NCBI RefSeq assembly: GCF_963921235.1
Contig: NC_086115.1
Location: 15,748,001-15,812,000, forward strand
Source: Mobula hypostoma
Lineage: Eukaryota
Direction: 5' to 3'
Length of the DNA stretch: 64,000 bases
Shown: in pieces, positions 58,498 through 64,000 of the stretch
How the letters are laid out: each line of letters starts with the position of its first letter
How positions within the stretch are numbered: position 1 is the stretch's first letter
Notes under the pieces: generated by a model
The model's input: only the letters and a program-made list of their open reading frames with translations
Told to the model about the DNA's origin: nothing
Database searches by the model: none
Translations under genes and position numbers: made by a program

Positions 58498-61400
58498 CTG
58501 GAGGGGGTGGAAGAACAAGTCGGTTAGCTCACAAACTTAGCTTAGTTGCTATTTATATACAGTTGCTATTAGGGCAGCAGAAGTTTGCCTGGACCCAGGA
58601 AATGCAAGGTGTCCTGATTTAACAAGTAATTATCCAGCCTCAATGTCCTGAGATTCTTCACAGGAGCAGAGTCTGCTGAGTGAGCCGGTGGCACTGGGTC
58701 AGATCGTGCTGGATCCTGTTCAGGATTCATGGCTCTTATGTCCTGTTCCCAGCGTGCCCAGATCCTGAGGGTGGATCTTGCTTTGTGACTGTGGTAAGGC
58801 AGTGAGGTCTTTGATGTGACCAAGTCCCAACCTGGAAAACTACTGTGAAATCCAGAACTTTGTAAGACCTCTCCCCACCACCCTCATTTGAAAGTTAATT
58901 AAAATGCAGACTTGCTCATTAAAAAAATCTTCACCTTTGCCTCCAAATCTGCAGGTTCAGAATCCTCATGGGGGTGGGATTCCCAGCATCACGGGGCCTG
59001 ATGGAGACCAGTGATGTAGCATAGCTACAGATGCAGAGCCACCTGCCAGGAAGTCTTGATGCATGTACATACGATTCACTTAAACTTCAGTGGCTGAACT
59101 CGAGCTGAATTGATTATCGATCCACCCAGTATAGATCATCCTGACAGGGAATTCAGTGACAGCTCTGTCATGTTACAACAGCAGTAAGGTTAGGGTGCCA
59201 GAGAGAAATATTTGATAGTCTGACATTCACAACCTGTTTTTAACTCAAGACACCCATGGAACGGAGTTATGTGAAGAAATGCCTAAAGAAACAGGAATTC
59301 TATGCTATCACCTGTTTTTGTGCTGGGCTGTGTGTTGCTGTGACACCATAGACCAGGAACAGAAAGTCGAATACACTGAGAAACTCTCCATTGTCCAGTC
59401 TGCCTGTGACAATTACATCGACTGAATGCGGGCGCGGGGGGCAGTCTGTAGCACCCTGGATCCTATAGCCATGCTCATATCCAAGATTCCAACCTCTCCC
59501 CACCACCCTCATTAACAGAGGCTGTTGAAGTGGCTACACTCTGAAGGGAAGCCTTTCCGGACTGAAAATCGCTTTCTTGCCAGAGCTGTCAAGGACTGAA
59601 TGAACCGTATTCAGCAAGGCTAAAGGATTGATTGAGGATGAGCTTTAAGAGGAAGAAGAGTTCATGAAAAGGATTTTGATGTTCTGACTTAAGGGGGATC
59701 CAGTGGCCTTAAAAATATTGTCACAAACAAATGTTAGAAAGGGTGCAAGAAAATTCTGGAGACTGGTGAGTCTGCAACTGGTTCCCATAAGAAGAAGCAG
59801 AGGAAAGCTGAGAAAACCAATAGGGAAGAAAGGAATGGGAGGTAACAAAACCCTGAATGTCTTCAGGCTGGGTGTGCAGAGGTTGTTTCCTCCTCTGGCA
59901 GAATCTAGAACTAGGGTCACTGTGTAAAAGGTCAAACATTTGCTTAAATTGGTCATGGAGTCTTTGCAATTTTCTGAAGCAAATTTGGAATATTTGTCAG
60001 AGGAAGACATCCCTGATCAATGAGGGGGGAGACAAGAGTTACTGAGCGTAGACAGAAATTCCTTGGCATTGACATAGAGGATCTGTCCTGGGACCAGCAC
60101 GTAACTGTCATCGTAAGTCATGACAGCACCCTTACTTTCTCTTAGAAGTTTGCATAGATTCGCATGTCACCTAAAATTTTGACGAATTTTAATAGAGAGA
60201 TACACAATGAAGAGTACCCTAACTAGTTGTTACACAGCTGGTTGGGAACACCAATGCCCAGGAACAGAAAAGTCTAGAGAGTAGTGGATACAGCCTAGTC
60301 CATCCCAGGCAAAGGCCTTCCCACCATTGAGCACATTTACATGGTGCACTGCCACAAGAAAACAGCATCCATCATCTAAGACCCCCACCGTCCAAGCCAT
60401 GACCTCGCTATTACCATTGGGCAGGAGGTATAGGAGCCTTAAGTCTCACATCATCAGACTCCTGAACTGGCATGGATAACTTCACTCATCTTAACTCAAC
60501 TCCAAACTGATTCTACAACCTACAGACTCTACAACTCACGTTCTCGGTATCTTGTTAATCCTTGTTTATGTATAGTTTTTTGAAAGTTCTATTACTTTCT
60601 TTATCCCCCTGTAAATGCCTGCAAGGAAATGAATCTCAATGTGGTACATGGTTAATGTATACATACTTTGATAATAAATTTACTTTGAATTTTGAGAACT
60701 AAGGTTATAACTAACCATCATAGATCAGGCTTGGTGGGCTAAGTGGCATTTTGTTCCTAATGATGTATAATTGGAAGGAGACTTGTGAAATGTGGAGTGA
60801 CTTGCACAGAAGAGGAGGCAAATGGCCTCTTTCTGTGCTATATTTTCCACACCGCTGTGACCCACGAACAGAGGAGACATTGGTTTACACAAGTGATGTG
60901 CATCACTCAGAAAGTAGCACACTGGTTCAGTGAAAAGATGGGCCAGAGAGTTTAGATTTAAGTTCAACTTTGCCATAGTCAGCAAGTGCAATTGCATGGA
61001 CATGTAATGACTCTCTCGCCAGTGAAATGTTCCTCGTTGTACAGGACCAGCGGCAGCCCATTGAGCACAGTAAGCTCCCACACAAAGTGGGGAGGCTTCG
61101 TAATATAATGCTATTACAGCACCAACTGCAAGATTGGAGTTGATCCCTGCCGCTCTCTCTAAGGACTTTTTACGCTCTCCCCATGACTGCATGGGTTTCT
61201 TGCTGCATCCTAAAAATGTAAGTTGTGGGCATGTTATATTGCTGCCAGGAGCACAGCAACACTTGTGGCTTCCCCCAACACAATCTTTGCAAACAACGTA
61301 TTTCGCTGTATGTTTCAATGTACATGTGACAAATAAAACTAATCTCTAATCTTTCTTTATCTTTATGATACTGAGGAGTTACTCCGGGGAGAAAAAACAT

Positions 61401-61854
61401 GACGAGGTCAGGAGGGAAAGTTGAATGACCTCTTCTCAGGGAGAGTGAGGTGAATCGTCCTGTTCACTGAGAGAATTATGCATTTGCTTTAACGATGAAT
61501 TGAAGAGCAGTGCCTCTGGAGGTTGGGTGCTTCCTTGGAGCAGCATTCTGCATTGTGCCTTTGTGTATCTACAATGTGATTGAACCCAAATTCTTCCCAG
61601 TTTGAGGCAAGACAACAAAACCCATCAAACCACCTTGGCACCACCAGCAGAGTGCTTCTGATGAGGCAACGACAACTGGTATCCATAGGGCGGGAGTGGT
61701 CACCCAACATACCTGGAGAGTCTTTGACTGTCTCTTGTCCCAGAGACGGACAACGCCGTAGTGTGAGGAGCCGCTGGCAATCATGAAGTTTCCATCGGTC
61801 TGCAAGCAGTAGAGGGCGCTATCATGTGGTTCTTCCCACTCCATCACACAGCGC
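58363..61854 (-). CDS. FBXW4: F-box/WD repeat protein 4 (dactylin), last two coding exons; complement(join(58363..58497,61713..61854)); upstream exons beyond the window
   Basis: RCVMEWEEPHDSALYCLQTDGNFMIASGSSHYGVVRLWDKRQSKTLQ|MFFLSCPSSSPVYCLRFTTSHLYAALAHALYTLDFTSADSWLAK*; WD40 signature, AG/GT junctions, adjacent to DPCD as in other vertebrates. Confidence 0.94.
61713..61854 (-). CDS. FBXW4: FBXW4 penultimate exon (142 nt)
   Basis: gctcgtttccag|G ... CAG|gtatg. Confidence 0.94.
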
Positions 61855-62773
61855 CTGGAAACGAGCACACAAAAGGCTGGACCAGAGGCAGCATCACACC
61901 AAGCACCGAAAACAGCACTGATAGCATTGTCAATCCCAGAAGTTGCACATGGCCCATAAACATCCACTGTACTCACCAACCATAACTACCTATGGGAGCG
62001 CCTGGGAGGCAGACAGGAAAGGGGAAGTGGGATGATGTGGGGAAGACAGACAGTACAGGTGATGGTGAGAAACAAAAGTTTAGGAATATAAATGAAATAA
62101 GGGAAGTTGGCCATCTGGCCTCTCCAACCTGCTCTACCAATCAGTGTGTTTTCAACTGACTTAACTTTTGCTTCACCAAGCCCTACTGCTCAGGATTCCC
62201 TGTAATAACAACATCTGTCCACATCAATTTTAGATAAATTTCTCCCTGGGTAGAGAATTTCACATTCGCAACCATCAAAAAAGTAATTTCTCCTCACGAC
62301 TCATCCTGATTCTGAAACCATACTTCTTCCATGACACAAAAAAATTTTAAATAAAATCATCACCCATTCTCCCAAGTTTCTGAGTATCAACCCAGCCTCC
62401 CAACTTCTTTACAAGACAACTCTATTATTTAGAGATGGTTCACTCTACAAGGAAAGAGGTTTTGAAAGAATACAAAGATGGTACTGATATAGTAAGGAAC
62501 TTTGTAAGAATACAAGACAGAATAAGTAGCAACACAAAAGGCACAGAAAGAACTCAGCAACAGGTTAGGCAGCATCCGCAGAGAGAAATGGACAGTTAAC
62601 TGATGAAACACTTCAACCTGAAATGTTAACTGTCCATTTCTCTCTACAGGATGCTGCCTGACCTGCTGAATTCCTCCAGAATTTTTTGTGTTACTCCAGA
62701 TTCCAACATCTACAATCTCTTGTGTCTCCAACACAGAATACCTGACATCTTAATGCACCTTTCACAATCTATA

Positions 62774-63377
62774 TGTAACACTCGCTTCACCTATCGGCTT
62801 AATATAGGGGGTGATAACCCCTTGCCCAGCCAAAATTAAGAAACCTTGATTGGGTGGATGCTGCGCGATGTGTCTCCTGTTACAAATCAGTACCCCAAAA
62901 TAATAAACAGTACACAATATGCGATTAAACGATTAAGCTTTATAACTCTTACTTTGACTATATGGTTAGTAGAGAAACGAAATATAAAAGAAAAAAGGCC
63001 CAAATCTTATTAAACAGTCTGTGCACAAAGTTGGAGCTCACTCACAGGCCGATCGGTCCCCCTCGACCTCCTCTGATCATCGCTGCCCTTCAGACCCTCG
63101 CTCCAAGTCCACCCCGTCCGGCGGTCTATCAAATCTCTCCACTTGCGTCTTCTCTCCTCATCTCTCTCTTTCTCTCCCTTTGGCAAAAGCCCGCAAAATC
63201 AACTGCTTCCAGATTCACAAGGCAGGGCAACAAAATCCTGATTGGCTAACATGCAGCCACAATCCTGTTATCTCCAGCCATAACCCAAACATTGCTGCTA
63301 CAGAGAAACTGTTACTTAAGCAGTGAACATTACAAAAAAACCATTACATTAGCAGCAAAACCTTACAATGCATTACA
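62774..63377 (-). mobile_element. 3' LTR (604 bp) of a Gypsy-type LTR retrotransposon
   Basis: TGTAA...TTACA termini; polypurine tract GGTGGGGGGAAAG (63378-63390, minus strand) immediately upstream. Confidence 0.8.
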
Positions 63378-64000
63378 CTTTCCCCCCACCAAATTTAGTC
63401 ATGTCCTCATGACGTTGAGATAGTTCGCCAACCCTTCCTGCAAAACATAAAGCCCAACCCAGGTGCAAAAGGCAGTGACATAGCTCCCCAAAACAATAGA
63501 GGTCATGCCCTGTTCCCCATGTGCTACATAGGCCAACCTATCCGGTGATCTCCTAATTCTCTGAGATCGCCGTACCTCCTCACCTAACTCTTCTGGCTCA
63601 GACGCTACTGGGGATATTTCGGGCCTAGTTGGCGAGTCCTGCCCCGATCTATCACTCGTGTCCCCCTGCAACTCGGAGAGCTCTGTCCCGTGCCCAGGCC
63701 CTGCTTCCTCTCCTTCAGTGTCCTGCTGTAACCCAGGCTGCCCACAGATAGCACCCACCCCCCCAGCTTCACCTGACTCAGTGGGAAAAGGGCCAGGAGT
63801 CTCTTCCTCAATCAGTGGGGAGCTAACAAAAGGCAGCATGTATCACACATCCAGATCATCATCCTCCGAATCAGTATCCCTCTCATGGGCGGGGCCCAGC
63901 CCAGCCTCTCCTGCCGTGGGCCCTGCAGTTGCCCCGTGTTTTCGCAGAGTCCTCTTACTAGGTGTAGGCTCCAGGTTGGGCTCTGGGTCTACCTGCACCT
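63378..64000 (-). mobile_element. Gypsy internal region: post-integrase tail of pol; element continues past the window edge
   Basis: Acidic low-complexity tail with VRRSQRIRRSPDRL motif; in-frame TGA at 63843-63845. Confidence 0.72.

Noticed and set aside
60725-61318. 197-aa minus-strand ORF in FBXW4 intron
   Set aside because: Begins inside a V-SINE-like repeat; no WD40 or other recognisable sequence; FBXW4 splices cleanly without it.

Overview
Vertebrate genomic DNA; the CR1/Penelope/V-SINE-rich repeat landscape suggests a cartilaginous fish (inference). Four spliced protein-coding genes were reconstructed by hand from GT-AG junctions and frame continuity: the last three exons of OGA (+, ends 8597), complete POLL (-, 7 coding exons, 584 aa), complete DPCD (+, 6 exons, 203 aa) sharing a compact head-to-head CpG-island promoter with POLL, and the last two exons of FBXW4 (-). 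Introns are filled with CR1, Rex1/Babar-like, L1, RTE-like, Penelope-like (PLE), Tc1-like and SINE copies, a solo LTR and the 3' end of a Gypsy element. The most notable signals are: (i) a high-copy PLE terminal repeat carrying a minimal hammerhead-ribozyme fold, inserted as short palindromic units with a fixed architecture and clean 8-15 bp target-site duplications; (ii) OGA lying tail-to-tail with POLL where human has BTRC, consistent with an inversion of the POLL-DPCD-FBXW4(-FGF8) block; (iii) a back-to-back poly(A) signal pair between DPCD and FBXW4. Comparisons to human proteins and gene order are from memory, not from database searches. I found no evidence of a wholly new gene system.
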